From: Candidatus Latescibacterota bacterium
Lineage (GTDB): Bacteria > Latescibacterota > UBA2968 > UBA8231
Reading direction: 5' to 3'
NCBI GenBank assembly: GCA_965204725.1
Contig: OZ242005.1
Coordinates: 1,568,001-1,632,000 of the forward strand
Length of the DNA: 64,000 bases
Within the stretch, counting starts at the first letter, position 1, and the number at the start of each line of letters is the position of its first letter. The position numbers and the translations under genes are program-made. Of the stretch, positions 12,442 through 21,721 are shown piece by piece. The notes under the pieces are model-generated. The model searched no databases. It was not told the origin of the DNA and saw nothing but the letters and a program-made list of their open reading frames with translations.

Positions 12442-13797
12442 ATGCGGAGTAAAGAAGAATTAAAGGCGGCGGTTTGCGCGGCCATCGAGCGGCAAAGCGA
12501 GCGGATCATCGGGCTGGGAGAAGCCATTATGGACCAACCCGAATTGGGCTTTAAGGAGGAGCAGACGGCTCACCGCGTCTGCGAGCGTTTTGCCAACCTC
12601 GGCTTGCAGTACGAGCGGGAACTGGCGCTGACCGGTGTGAAGGCCCGGCTCAAGGGACGCCCAGCCGGGCCGACGGTGGCGCTGATGGGCGAACTCGACG
12701 CGCTCATCGTACCCGATCACCCGCGCGCCGACCCGGCAACCGGAGCGGCCCACGCCTGTGGGCACAACGCCCAGATCGCCGGGATGGTCGGGGCCGCTTA
12801 TGGGCTGGTCGGGGCCGGTGCCAGCGAGGAACTAGCCGGGGAAATCGCGTTTTTCGCCGTGCCGGCCGAAGAGTACGTCGAGATAGGCTATCGCTTGGGG
12901 CTGGTCGAGGAAGGCAAAATCGCGTTTCTCGGGGGCAAGCCCGAGCTGGTCGAATTGGGTCATTTCGACGACGTAGATATGGCCGTGATGATTCACACCA
13001 GCAGCTCGGCCCAAAGCGAGGGGGCGGTCGGAATCGCCCGCTCGTCCAATGGCTTTTTGGCCAAGAACGTGCGGTTCATCGGCCGAGCCGCCCACGCTGG
13101 CGGCGCGCCCGAAAAGGGCGTCAACGCGCTCAGTGCGGCCACGCTCGCCCTCAGCGCGATTGACGCGCAGCGCGCAACCTTCCGCGACCAAGACTGCGTG
13201 CGGGTGCATCCGATCATTACCAAGGGGGGCGATCTGGTCAATATCATCCCGGCCGAGGTGCGGCTAGAAACCTACGTCCGCGCCCGCACTTCTGAGGCCA
13301 TGCTCGATGCGTCTCATAAGGTCGATCGGGCGCTGCGGGGGGCGGCGGTCGCCCTCGGCTGTGCGGTCGAAATCGAAACCGTGCCCGGCTACCTGCCGCT
13401 GCACAACGACCCCGACTTAGGGCAGCTTTTCAGGGCCAACGCCGCGCACATTTTCGGCTCGGATCAGTACCGGGATTACCCCCACGGCGGCGGCTCCACC
13501 GACGCGGGCGACCTCAGTCAGATCATGCCCGTGCTACACCCGGCCATGACCGGGGCCAGCGGCGTGGTCCACGGCCCCGATTGGCGCATCGCCGACCCAG
13601 CGGCTGGGTATCTCGCTCCGGCCAAGGTCTTGGCCATGATGGCCATCGACCTGCTGTACGGCGATGCGGCTGCGGCAAAGAGCATCCTGCAAAACTACGT
13701 GCCCAACATGAGTAAGGGCGAGTATCTCCAACAGCAAAAAGCACTCTTTCACCGGGAGCATTTCGCCGGTGATCAAACCGGGAGGAATGCAACGTGA
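12442..13797 (+). CDS. M20-family amidohydrolase
   Basis: PELGFKE, GELDAL, HACGHN, PAEE, GGSTD motifs. Confidence 0.9.
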   Translation: MRSKEELKAAVCAAIERQSERIIGLGEAIMDQPELGFKEEQTAHRVCERFANLGLQYERELALTGVKARLKGRPAGPTVALMGELDALIVPDHPRADPATGAAHACGHNAQIAGMVGAAYGLVGAGASEELAGEIAFFAVPAEEYVEIGYRLGLVEEGKIAFLGGKPELVELGHFDDVDMAVMIHTSSSAQSEGAVGIARSSNGFLAKNVRFIGRAAHAGGAPEKGVNALSAATLALSAIDAQRATFRDQDCVRVHPIITKGGDLVNIIPAEVRLETYVRARTSEAMLDASHKVDRALRGAAVALGCAVEIETVPGYLPLHNDPDLGQLFRANAAHIFGSDQYRDYPHGGGSTDAGDLSQIMPVLHPAMTGASGVVHGPDWRIADPAAGYLAPAKVLAMMAIDLLYGDAAAAKSILQNYVPNMSKGEYLQQQKALFHREHFAGDQTGRNAT

Positions 13798-14558
13798 AGC
13801 TCGGCATGGTGACCTACAACTTGGGCCGCGATTGGGATTTAGAGACCCTGATTGCCCATTGCGAAGAGGCTGATTTTTCTGGCGTTGAGCTGCGGACTAC
13901 GCATGCCCACGGCGTTGAAACGTCGCTCAGTGTAGCCGAGCGGGGCGAGGTCAAGCGGCGCTTTGCCGACTCGGTGGTTGAGCTGGTGGGGTTGGGCAGT
14001 GCCTTTGAATACGACGCGGTCGATCCGCAGGTGCTTCGCAGCCACATCGACGGGACCAAAGAATACGCGCGCTTGGCCCACGATCTCGGCGTCGGCGGCG
14101 TCAAAGTGCGCCCCAACAACGTCCACGTCGATGAGGGGATCCCCCTTGAGCAGACCCTAGAGCAGATCGGCGTCAGCCTGCGAGAGTGCGGCGAATTCGC
14201 TCGCGACTTAGGGGTGCAGATCCGCTTGGAGGTCCACGGTCGCACGACCTCGGATCCGGCCAACATCCGCGCGATCCTCGACTACGCCGATCACGACAAT
14301 GTCTTCGTCTGCTGGAATTCCAATGCGACGGACCTAGTCGACGGCTCCATCGACGGCAGTTTCGCCTCCTTGCAGGACGCGATTGCCTTGGTCCACATTA
14401 CCGAGTTGTGGAGCGATTACCCGTGGGAGCGGCTCTTCGCGCTGCTGCGGCAGAGCGGCTACACCGGGTATTGTCTCGCCGAAATCCCCGAAAGCCCACA
14501 ACCGCTGCGTCTGATGCGCTACTATCGAGCCTTGTGGCAGGCCCTCGCCAAAGGCTAG
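13794..14558 (+). CDS. Sugar phosphate isomerase/epimerase (xylose isomerase-like TIM barrel)
   Basis: GVELR, RLEVHG, LVHI, LAE motifs; GTGA overlap with upstream gene. Confidence 0.8.
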   Translation: MKLGMVTYNLGRDWDLETLIAHCEEADFSGVELRTTHAHGVETSLSVAERGEVKRRFADSVVELVGLGSAFEYDAVDPQVLRSHIDGTKEYARLAHDLGVGGVKVRPNNVHVDEGIPLEQTLEQIGVSLRECGEFARDLGVQIRLEVHGRTTSDPANIRAILDYADHDNVFVCWNSNATDLVDGSIDGSFASLQDAIALVHITELWSDYPWERLFALLRQSGYTGYCLAEIPESPQPLRLMRYYRALWQALAKG

Positions 14559-14567
14559 CGCGGGGCA

Positions 14568-15419
14568 ATGCCTGAGATTGCCTATGTCAATGGCCGCTTC
14601 GGTCCATTGGCCGAAGCCGTGGTATCGGTCGAGGACCGGGGCTATCAGTTCGCCGATGGCGTCTATGAGGTGGTTGCTACCTACGGTGGGTGCCCGTTCG
14701 CCTTAGAGCCGCATTTGACGCGCCTCCAGAGCAACTTAGAGGCCCTGCACTTGCCGTTGGATCTCCGTGCGTATGGCCTTAGAGCCAAGTTGATGGAGGG
14801 CCTTGAGCGGAGCGGTTTTAGTGAGACGTTGGTCTATATCCAAGTTACGCGCGGAGTCGCTCCTAGGCAGCACCAATTTCCCCCTGTCCCAGTCGCGCCC
14901 ACCGTCGTAATGACGTTTAAGAAGCTGCATGGCCGGCCGCCGGCCCTGTACGACCGCGGCGTCGAGGTCATTAGCACCGCAGACTTGCGCTGGAAGCGCT
15001 GCGATATTAAGAGCATCGCCTTACTGCCCAACATCTTGGCCAAACAGGCCGCGGCGCAGGTGGGGGCCTTTGAGGCCCTGCTGGTCGATGCGGTCGGCCG
15101 GGTCACTGAAGGGGCTTCAACCAGTGCCTTCTGCGTCCGGGCCGGCCGCTTGTGTACCGCGCCTGTTGGTCCCCACATCCTACCGAGTATCACCCGAGGG
15201 ATTCTGCTCGACTTGGCCCGCCAGCTCGGCATCCCCATTGAAGAAGAGTTTTGTACGCTGGACCAATTTAAGGCCGCCGATGAGGTCTTTATTGCCGGCA
15301 CGACCCTTGAGGCGATGCCGGTGGTGCGAATTGACGATGCCGTTATCGGCGAGGGTTCGCCGGGGCCAATAACTCAGCAGATCCGCGCCGCGTTTCTAGA
15401 TTCGCTGAATTTGACCTGA
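14568..15419 (+). CDS. dat: D-amino-acid transaminase (class IV PLP aminotransferase)
   Basis: DRGYQFADGVYE, YIQVTRG, RWKRCDIKS, TEG, ILPSITR. Confidence 0.85.
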   Translation: MPEIAYVNGRFGPLAEAVVSVEDRGYQFADGVYEVVATYGGCPFALEPHLTRLQSNLEALHLPLDLRAYGLRAKLMEGLERSGFSETLVYIQVTRGVAPRQHQFPPVPVAPTVVMTFKKLHGRPPALYDRGVEVISTADLRWKRCDIKSIALLPNILAKQAAAQVGAFEALLVDAVGRVTEGASTSAFCVRAGRLCTAPVGPHILPSITRGILLDLARQLGIPIEEEFCTLDQFKAADEVFIAGTTLEAMPVVRIDDAVIGEGSPGPITQQIRAAFLDSLNLT

Positions 15420-15438
15420 AAGGGTCGGGTTACAAAAT

Positions 15439-15479
15439 AAAAAGGGGGGAACGCTCAGTCGGCACTTCCCTCCTTTTTT
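15439..15479. terminator. Probable bidirectional intrinsic terminator
   Basis: AAAAAGGGGGGAA..TTCCCTCCTTTTTT inverted repeat with A and T tails between convergent genes. Confidence 0.65.
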
Positions 15480-15497
15480 GTGGACCGCTGAGCGGTT

Positions 15498-16907
15498 TTA
15501 ATGGATGACGACCATCTTGGTTTCGGTCATTTCCTCTACCGCGTACCGAGGCCCTTCTTTGCCCATGCCGCTTTCCTTGAGGCCGCCATAAGGCATCAGG
15601 TCGGCGCGCCACTGAGTGCCCCAGTTGATGTGGATGTTGCCCGATTCCACCTGCTGGGCAAATTGGAGTGCCCAGTTGAGGTTCTCGGTGAAAATTGCCG
15701 CGCTAAGGCCATAGTTGGTGTCGTTGGCCATGGCGATGGCTTGGTCGATATCGTCGATCCGGCTGATGCCGAGGGCCGGGCCGAAAATCTCGTCGCAGGA
15801 GACCTTCATCTCCGGGGCTACATCGGCTAGGACGGTCGGGGCGAACATCGTGCCCTCGCGGGTGCCGCCGGTGACGATGCTGGCCCCCGCGCCAACGGCA
15901 TCTTGTACCCAAGACTCGACGCGCTCAGCGTCTTGGACGCGGATCATAGGCCCCATTTTGACGTCGCTGTCGAGGGGATTGCCGGTCGTCAGGGCTTCGA
16001 CTGCGGGTTTGAGGGCGTCGATAAAATCCCCGTACACCTCGCTGCTGGCGAACACCCGCTGCGTTGAGATGCAGACTTGGCCGGCGTTGGCAAAGCCGGT
16101 ATTGGCGGTGGCGGCCGCGACCTTTTCGAGATCGGCGTCCGCCATGACGATCAGCGGGGAATTGGAACCGAGCTCCATGGTCACTTTCTTCAGGCCAGCG
16201 ACCTGACAGATGCGTTCGCCGACATCGCGGCTGCCCGTAAAGCTGATCTTGCGGACCTTGGGATTGGCACTGATCGCGTCGCCAATGACGCTGCCCGCCC
16301 CGGTGACGCATTGAATGGCTTCCTCCGGCAGGCCGGCCTCGAGGAAAATCTCGGTTAGTTTGAGGGCCGAAAGCGGGGTGTCGCTGGCCGGCTTGATGAG
16401 GATTGCGTTGCCGGCGGCCAGCGCCGGGCCGACTTTGTGGCAGACGAGGTTGAGCGGGAAGTTAAAGGGCGTAATGGCCGCTACGACGCCACAGGGGACC
16501 CGCAGCGTAAAGCCAAATTTGCCCGCCCCATTAGAGGCCCCGCTCAGGTCGAGTGTTTCGCCCGTCAGACGCTTGGCTTCCTCGGCAGACAGGACGATGG
16601 TCTCTTGGGCACGGGCCGCCTCGCCCATTCCCTCGAAGAGGATCTTGCCCTCTTCAAGGGTAATCGTGCGCCCTAGGTCGTCGAGCCGCTCTAGCATGAG
16701 ATCGGCCGCTTTGTGGATGACTTGGTAGCGCTCATGGGCGCTCATGGCGGCCATGACTTTGGCCCCGCGCTCGGCCGAGTCAATGGCGCGGTTGATATCT
16801 GCGGCGTCGCCCCTGGGGACGGTGTCGATGATCGAGCCATCATAGGGGTTGACGACGTCCATGGTTTCGGCTTTGTCAACCCATTCTCCGGCAATGTACA
16901 TCTTCAT
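15498..16907 (-). CDS. Aldehyde dehydrogenase
   Basis: ITPFNFP, SFTGS, MELG, AGQVC catalytic Cys, EIFGP, PYGGLKESG. Confidence 0.95.
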   Translation of the reverse strand: MKMYIAGEWVDKAETMDVVNPYDGSIIDTVPRGDAADINRAIDSAERGAKVMAAMSAHERYQVIHKAADLMLERLDDLGRTITLEEGKILFEGMGEAARAQETIVLSAEEAKRLTGETLDLSGASNGAGKFGFTLRVPCGVVAAITPFNFPLNLVCHKVGPALAAGNAILIKPASDTPLSALKLTEIFLEAGLPEEAIQCVTGAGSVIGDAISANPKVRKISFTGSRDVGERICQVAGLKKVTMELGSNSPLIVMADADLEKVAAATANTGFANAGQVCISTQRVFASSEVYGDFIDALKPAVEALTTGNPLDSDVKMGPMIRVQDAERVESWVQDAVGAGASIVTGGTREGTMFAPTVLADVAPEMKVSCDEIFGPALGISRIDDIDQAIAMANDTNYGLSAAIFTENLNWALQFAQQVESGNIHINWGTQWRADLMPYGGLKESGMGKEGPRYAVEEMTETKMVVIH

Positions 16908-16978
16908 GATCCAATTCCTTTTCGACTTTTCGAGGTGGGTGGTAAGTAGGAGACAAGTTAAGGGCGAGCTTTGACCTG

Positions 16979-18421
16979 TCAAATGCCCAAGCGGTTTTTA
17001 TAAGGCAAAGGGCGGCCCTCCGCATCGAGTAAGGGCTGCGGCGGCGCCTTCTTTTGGGTTCGCAAGCTGACGATTACTAAGGCGAGGGCCGAAAAAGGCA
17101 CGGCCAAAAGGTCGGCCGGCAAATTCGCTGGGATCCTCTCCAGCACCTGCCAAGCACACAGGCCGACCGCTATGGAAGCTAAGGCCCCAGGGCCGTTGCT
17201 CTTGGGCCACCACAAACCAGCGGTTAGCGGGACGAACAGCGAGGCGAGGAGCACGGACCAAGAATTGACCATCAAGTCGTACACCGAAGCGGTGCGGAGG
17301 GCCAACAGTAAAGATGCCGCGCCCAACAGGAGGACGGACCAGCGCGTCAGGCGCAGCGACGACCGTTCCTCGGCATTGGGTTTGAAGTAGCGCAGGACAT
17401 CCCAGCCAATGACACTCGCTGGAGCGAGGAGGGCGCTGTCGGCGCTGGACAGGAGGGCCGAGACGAGGGCCCCCATAAAGAGGACCAAGGCTAGATCCGG
17501 GAGGTACTCTAGTGCGAGGGCCATCATAACCAGATCGGGATCGGCCAAATCTGGCAGGACGACCGCACCCGCCATACCGAGAAAAACGGGCAATAGCCCG
17601 ACCGTTATATAAAGCAGCCCAGCGAGGTACGCGCTGCGGTACGCCACCGTTTCGTCGCGGCTGGACAGACTGCGCTGGATTAGGTCTTGACCCGCTAGGT
17701 TGCCGAGGCCAATGACCAGCCAGTCGCGCGCATATACCAACCAACTGGCCGCGTCGCCGCGCGGGTAGAAATCGAAGCGGGAGGCCGGGATTGAGGTGAC
17801 GAGGGCCTCCCAGCCCCCCATGTCGCTGAGGAGGATCGGCGTCAAAATAAACAATCCCAGTACGAGGATGGTCACTTGAATGAAGTCGGTTAGCGTGACG
17901 GCCCACATGCCACCGGCCCAAGTGTAGATCAGTACAATGACTGCGGCGGCGCAGATGCCGAAGGCGGGATCGATGCCGGTCAGGCTCTGTAGAATCCGCC
18001 CAAAGGCGACCAACAGCGAGCCAACCCAGCCGATATAGGCGGGAATGGTGCAGAGGCTGGCCAGCAGGCCCGCCCGCGGGCCGAAGCGGCGGCTAAAAAA
18101 GGACGCTATTGTCATCAAGCCCATGCGCCGCATCATGCGGACGTACAAGAGACCGGCGATGAATAGGCACAAAGCCGCGCCAAAAGGGTCGGCAATGACC
18201 GCGAGGATGCCGCCTTTGTAGGCAGCACTCGCCGCGCCAATGCAGATGCCACCGCCAAACCACGTCGCAGCGAGCGTTGCAGTGCAGAGCAACAGGGGCA
18301 GGCGTTGGCCAGCGACGATGAAGTCCGTCGAGTTGTGGACTCGGCGACCAGCGTATAAGCCAACGCCAAGCATCACCGCCAGATAGACAACCAAGCCGGT
18401 CAAGACCAAGGGATTCGCCAT
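16979..18421 (-). CDS. Sodium:solute symporter (SSS family)
   Basis: DFIVAG, LAATWFGG, YTWAGGMWAVTLTD, QDLIQR, SALLSSADS; about 13 TM segments. Confidence 0.92.
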   Translation of the reverse strand: MANPLVLTGLVVYLAVMLGVGLYAGRRVHNSTDFIVAGQRLPLLLCTATLAATWFGGGICIGAASAAYKGGILAVIADPFGAALCLFIAGLLYVRMMRRMGLMTIASFFSRRFGPRAGLLASLCTIPAYIGWVGSLLVAFGRILQSLTGIDPAFGICAAAVIVLIYTWAGGMWAVTLTDFIQVTILVLGLFILTPILLSDMGGWEALVTSIPASRFDFYPRGDAASWLVYARDWLVIGLGNLAGQDLIQRSLSSRDETVAYRSAYLAGLLYITVGLLPVFLGMAGAVVLPDLADPDLVMMALALEYLPDLALVLFMGALVSALLSSADSALLAPASVIGWDVLRYFKPNAEERSSLRLTRWSVLLLGAASLLLALRTASVYDLMVNSWSVLLASLFVPLTAGLWWPKSNGPGALASIAVGLCAWQVLERIPANLPADLLAVPFSALALVIVSLRTQKKAPPQPLLDAEGRPLPYKNRLGI

Positions 18422-18447
18422 GGCAAGATCCTTTTTGAAAATTTGTT

Positions 18448-18476
18448 ATAATAACCAACAGCGTGAAACTGGCCAA
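18448..18476 (-). promoter_or_regulatory. Candidate sigma70 promoter of the SSS gene, overlapping enhancer site I
   Basis: Minus strand TTGGCC (18476-18471)-17 bp-TATTAT (18453-18448). Confidence 0.5.
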
Positions 18477-18505
18477 TGACGCCAACCCAGTGGCGAATCT
18501 GGCCA
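18470..18505. promoter_or_regulatory. Tandem PspF-type upstream activating sequences
   Basis: TGGCCAATGACGCCA (18470-18484) and TGGCGAATCTGGCCA (18491-18505), both TGGC-N7-GCCA palindromes, 21 bp apart, about 110-130 bp upstream of the predicted start site. Confidence 0.65.
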
Positions 18506-18582
18506 TTATTAAGCGATAATTCGATCTATGTTTTTCCTATAATACGATGGGCTGTAACAAATTATGGATACGATAGCACTTT

Positions 18583-18598
18583 TGGCACAGTCCTTGCA
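18583..18598 (+). promoter_or_regulatory. Sigma54 (-24/-12) promoter of the pspA operon
   Basis: TGGCACAGTCCTTGCA, GG-N10-GC spacing exact. Confidence 0.85.
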
Positions 18599-18649
18599 AG
18601 TTAGAAACAACACGCGATAAGCTCCACTCAAATCCAAGGGAGGCATGCG

Positions 18650-19324
18650 ATGGCTAAAGGAGCCTTAGCGAGGATAAGCGATATCCTCAAGTCCAATATC
18701 AACGAGATGCTCGACCGAGCGGAAGAGCCAGACAAGATGATCCGCCAGATGGTGCGGGACATGGAAGAGGCGGTCGGCAAGGCCACGGCCTCGGTAGGGA
18801 CCGCTGTGGCCAACCACAAGCGGCTCGAGCGCCAGTTCAACGACAAGCAAAGCCAGATCGCCGAGTGGCAGCGCAAGGCCGAACGGGCGGTGGCAGCGGG
18901 CGAGGACGCGCTGGCGCGCCGGGCGCTGGAGCGCAAGGCGGTGTTGGCCAAAGCGGCCGAGGATTTGGCGCCGGCCTTGGAGGAGAGTCGGCAGACGGCC
19001 GAGCAGTTGCGCGAGCAGTTGCGCGAACTAAAGACCAAGCTCGAAGAAGCGCGGACCCGACAGGGCACGTTGGTCGCCCGCCACCAAGCGGCTCAGGCCC
19101 GCAAGCGTCTGGCCCAGAGCATTTCTGGATTGGGTCAGGATGCCTTTTCCAGCTTTGAACGCTTTGAGCAGAAAGTCGCAGAGAGCGAGGCCGAGGCGGC
19201 CGCGCACGTAGAGGTTTCGGGCGAGATGGAAGACGTTGAGAAAGAAATCCGCCAAATCGAGGTTGATCACAGCGTTGACGATGAATTGAAAGCGCTAAAG
19301 GACAAGATGAAAAAGGATAAGTAA
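18650..19324 (+). CDS. pspA: Phage shock protein A (PspA/IM30 family)
   Basis: RISDILKSNINEMLDRAEEP, AVAAGEDALARRAL, FSSFERFE, VDDELKALK; coiled coil; GGGAGG SD. Confidence 0.93.
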   Translation: MAKGALARISDILKSNINEMLDRAEEPDKMIRQMVRDMEEAVGKATASVGTAVANHKRLERQFNDKQSQIAEWQRKAERAVAAGEDALARRALERKAVLAKAAEDLAPALEESRQTAEQLREQLRELKTKLEEARTRQGTLVARHQAAQARKRLAQSISGLGQDAFSSFERFEQKVAESEAEAAAHVEVSGEMEDVEKEIRQIEVDHSVDDELKALKDKMKKDK

Positions 19325-19370
19325 TCCTTTGGTCTGCAACGCATTATGCGATATTTCTAGCAGGTGAGCT

Positions 19371-19886
19371 ATGAAATTCATCGACGAAGCCAACCTCAAG
19401 GTAAGCAGTGCTGTAGAGAGCGGGTGCAAGCGTTTAGGCGCTCTGTTTCTCAAGGTGCTGGCCGTACCGATTGTGCCAATAGGGCTGGGGCTTATGCTCT
19501 ACGGGCTTTTTCAGATGCTTAGGCCCTCCGCTTCAGACCACCCCTCTTTCGAACTCTTCGCCGTTGGCGTCACGCAGGTCATCTTCGGCAGCTTGCTCTG
19601 GCTATTGGCCAAAAAACTCGATGCGGCCGCGCACCTGCTACGCTACCGGCGGCAGCAAAACCGCGTCGTGCGTTTGGCTAGGCAGCGCGGTGGCCGCCTG
19701 ACGGCGACCGAAACGGCGGCCGATACCGGGCTGACGGTTGAGGAAGCCGCGGAGATTCTCAAGCGTTTGGCCGACGGAGGGTTTGTCGAGGTCGAAATAA
19801 CCGATTCGGGCCTTATTGTCTATCGCTTTCCAGAAGTGCTTTTCGCGCACGAAAAACGCTGGAGCCGGGGCGTCGAAAGCGCCTGA
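19371..19886 (+). CDS. Two-TM membrane protein with C-terminal winged-helix-like domain
   Basis: Two hydrophobic helices then GGRLTATETAADTGLTVEEAAEILKRLADGGFVEVEITDSGLIVYRF helix-turn-helix plus beta-hairpin pattern. Confidence 0.75.
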   Translation: MKFIDEANLKVSSAVESGCKRLGALFLKVLAVPIVPIGLGLMLYGLFQMLRPSASDHPSFELFAVGVTQVIFGSLLWLLAKKLDAAAHLLRYRRQQNRVVRLARQRGGRLTATETAADTGLTVEEAAEILKRLADGGFVEVEITDSGLIVYRFPEVLFAHEKRWSRGVESA

Positions 19887-19924
19887 GTCCGTGCCATCCG
19901 CGCTCACGGCTGGCGCGGACTCAG
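19883..19924 (+). other. Intra-operon stem-loop without U tail
   Basis: CTGAGTCCGTGCCA..TGGCGCGGACTCAG 14-bp stem (one G-U). Confidence 0.6.
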
Positions 19925-19959
19925 ATCGACCGGATTGAGGCGAGGGAAAGGAGCTAATC

Positions 19960-20334
19960 ATGGATAAGAATAAGGGGATCATCTTTGGGGTCTTTATTGG
20001 TATCGCGTTGTGCGTACTTTTTTACGTTGCGTTTGCCAGCTATCCTGTTGGTCGTCTGATGGGGCCTGTCATTCTGACGCTGTCCTTAGGGGCTGTGGCT
20101 ATTTTTCTCTTGTTGGCGGTCGTAGCTATTTTTGCTATCGCCAAAAAGGCAACCGTATCCGAGGATAAGGGTATTGAGCGAGACGAACTGCGAGAGCGAT
20201 TGGTCGCAGTTGAGCAGCGGCTGACGGAGGTGCAGGACGTGATGATCGTCCTTAGCGAAAAGATCGACCGGATGGAGGGAGCCGGAGCTGAGCCGTGGAG
20301 TGCCAAGAACGACGAGATCAAGGCTAGCCCGTGA
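19960..20334 (+). CDS. Two-TM membrane protein with cytoplasmic coiled coil (PspB-like topology)
   Basis: Two hydrophobic helices, then ELRERLVAVEQRLTEVQDVMIVLSEKIDRM heptads; AAGGAG SD. Confidence 0.75.
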   Translation: MDKNKGIIFGVFIGIALCVLFYVAFASYPVGRLMGPVILTLSLGAVAIFLLLAVVAIFAIAKKATVSEDKGIERDELRERLVAVEQRLTEVQDVMIVLSEKIDRMEGAGAEPWSAKNDEIKASP

Positions 20335-21686
20335 ATTGGCGCGACCACGCTGTACAGGCTTGTGAAGATGCGCGTTGGGCCGAGGCGTTGGAGTGGTGCG
20401 AGCGCGGCCTAGCCGAGGTGCCCGACGACTTGGAGCTTTGGCACTGCAAAGGGCGTTGTCTCTTGGAACTGGGGGACGAGCAAGCGGCCGTCGCCGCGCT
20501 GGAAGCGGCTGCGGCGGGCGGACATCTAGCAAGCCATTACCAACTCGGCTTACTCGCAATGCGCCAAGGGCGGCGGAATGCCCGGTTCCGCGAGCGGTCC
20601 CTGACGCACTTTGAGGCCATTGTGTGCGCGGCCGAAAAAGGGCGCGAATACCCCGACCTCGACCGCGTCTTTTTCGCGCTCGGCAGCCAGTACGGCGAAG
20701 ATCCGCAGCGGCGCGGAGAAGCCATCCGAGCGTACCGCCAAGGATTGGCACTCAACCCGCTCTCCGCTGTTGGCCACAACAGCTTGGGCCAGCTCTTGCT
20801 GCAAAGCGGTCAGGTGCTGGGGGCGATGGGGGAGTTCAAGGTCGCCATCCAACTCGACCCCAAGCTCAGTCAGCCATACGCAAATTTGTCCCGTTTGTTT
20901 TTTTCCCACGTAAAACTCTCTGAATTAGAACAAGAATACCAGCATATCTGCGAGGAATTCGCGCAAAGTGCTCCGCAAGTTCTCGCGCGTTTGTCGCTGG
21001 CAATGGTTGAGTTGGGCAAAGAGCAGGTGTACGAAGGGTTTTACACCAAGGGACATCGCATCAAAAACCTGATGGGGATCATCGGCAGCCGCTTGCGGGG
21101 ACTGGGACGCAAGGCCGCAGGCGAGCAGCAGGGGGAGTTGAATCGCTTAGGAGGCGAATACGAGGCCCTGTACGACGAATGGGTGGGGTTCTTAGAAGCG
21201 ATGAAAACGGATAAAATTTTCCCGGCGGTGACCGATCTCGGGCGCTTGGTGCGCCGGGTGGCGGCCGGATTGGACCGCCAAACGTGGAAATCCGCGATTC
21301 AGACGCGGGTCCAAGCGGGCTTGCCGCGCGTGGAAGCCGACGAGCGGATGTTGCGCGAGGCTATTACGAACCTCTGCCTCAACGCGCTGGAAACTCTCGA
21401 AGAAGGACCGGGCGGCCGGGTGGTGCTGGGCACTGGCTACGACGAGGAGCAGTCGCTGGCCTTTATAGAGGTCGAGGACGACGGGCCGGGCATTGAGGAA
21501 GAGCATTTGGAATTGATATTCGAGCCTGGATTTACCACCAGAGAGCGGGGCAATGGCTATGGCTTGAGCATTGCGCGCCGCATCGCCCAAGCCCATCAAG
21601 GCATATTGCGCGTCAAGAGCAGAAAGGGACATGGAACCGTTTTTCGGCTCGATCTGCCGCTCAATTTCGCGGGCGGTGCGCCCTAG
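20331..21686 (+). CDS. Soluble TPR-repeat sensor histidine kinase
   Basis: N-terminal TPRs (AVGHNSLGQLL..AIQLDPK), H-box GHRIKNL, N-box NLCLNALE, G1 EDDGPGI, F IFEPGFTT, G2 GNGYGLSI; no TM. Confidence 0.9.
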   Translation: MNWRDHAVQACEDARWAEALEWCERGLAEVPDDLELWHCKGRCLLELGDEQAAVAALEAAAAGGHLASHYQLGLLAMRQGRRNARFRERSLTHFEAIVCAAEKGREYPDLDRVFFALGSQYGEDPQRRGEAIRAYRQGLALNPLSAVGHNSLGQLLLQSGQVLGAMGEFKVAIQLDPKLSQPYANLSRLFFSHVKLSELEQEYQHICEEFAQSAPQVLARLSLAMVELGKEQVYEGFYTKGHRIKNLMGIIGSRLRGLGRKAAGEQQGELNRLGGEYEALYDEWVGFLEAMKTDKIFPAVTDLGRLVRRVAAGLDRQTWKSAIQTRVQAGLPRVEADERMLREAITNLCLNALETLEEGPGGRVVLGTGYDEEQSLAFIEVEDDGPGIEEEHLELIFEPGFTTRERGNGYGLSIARRIAQAHQGILRVKSRKGHGTVFRLDLPLNFAGGAP

Positions 21687-21721
21687 CCTTTCAGGGGTCA
21701 GGGGTTAAATGGAGGACGGGC

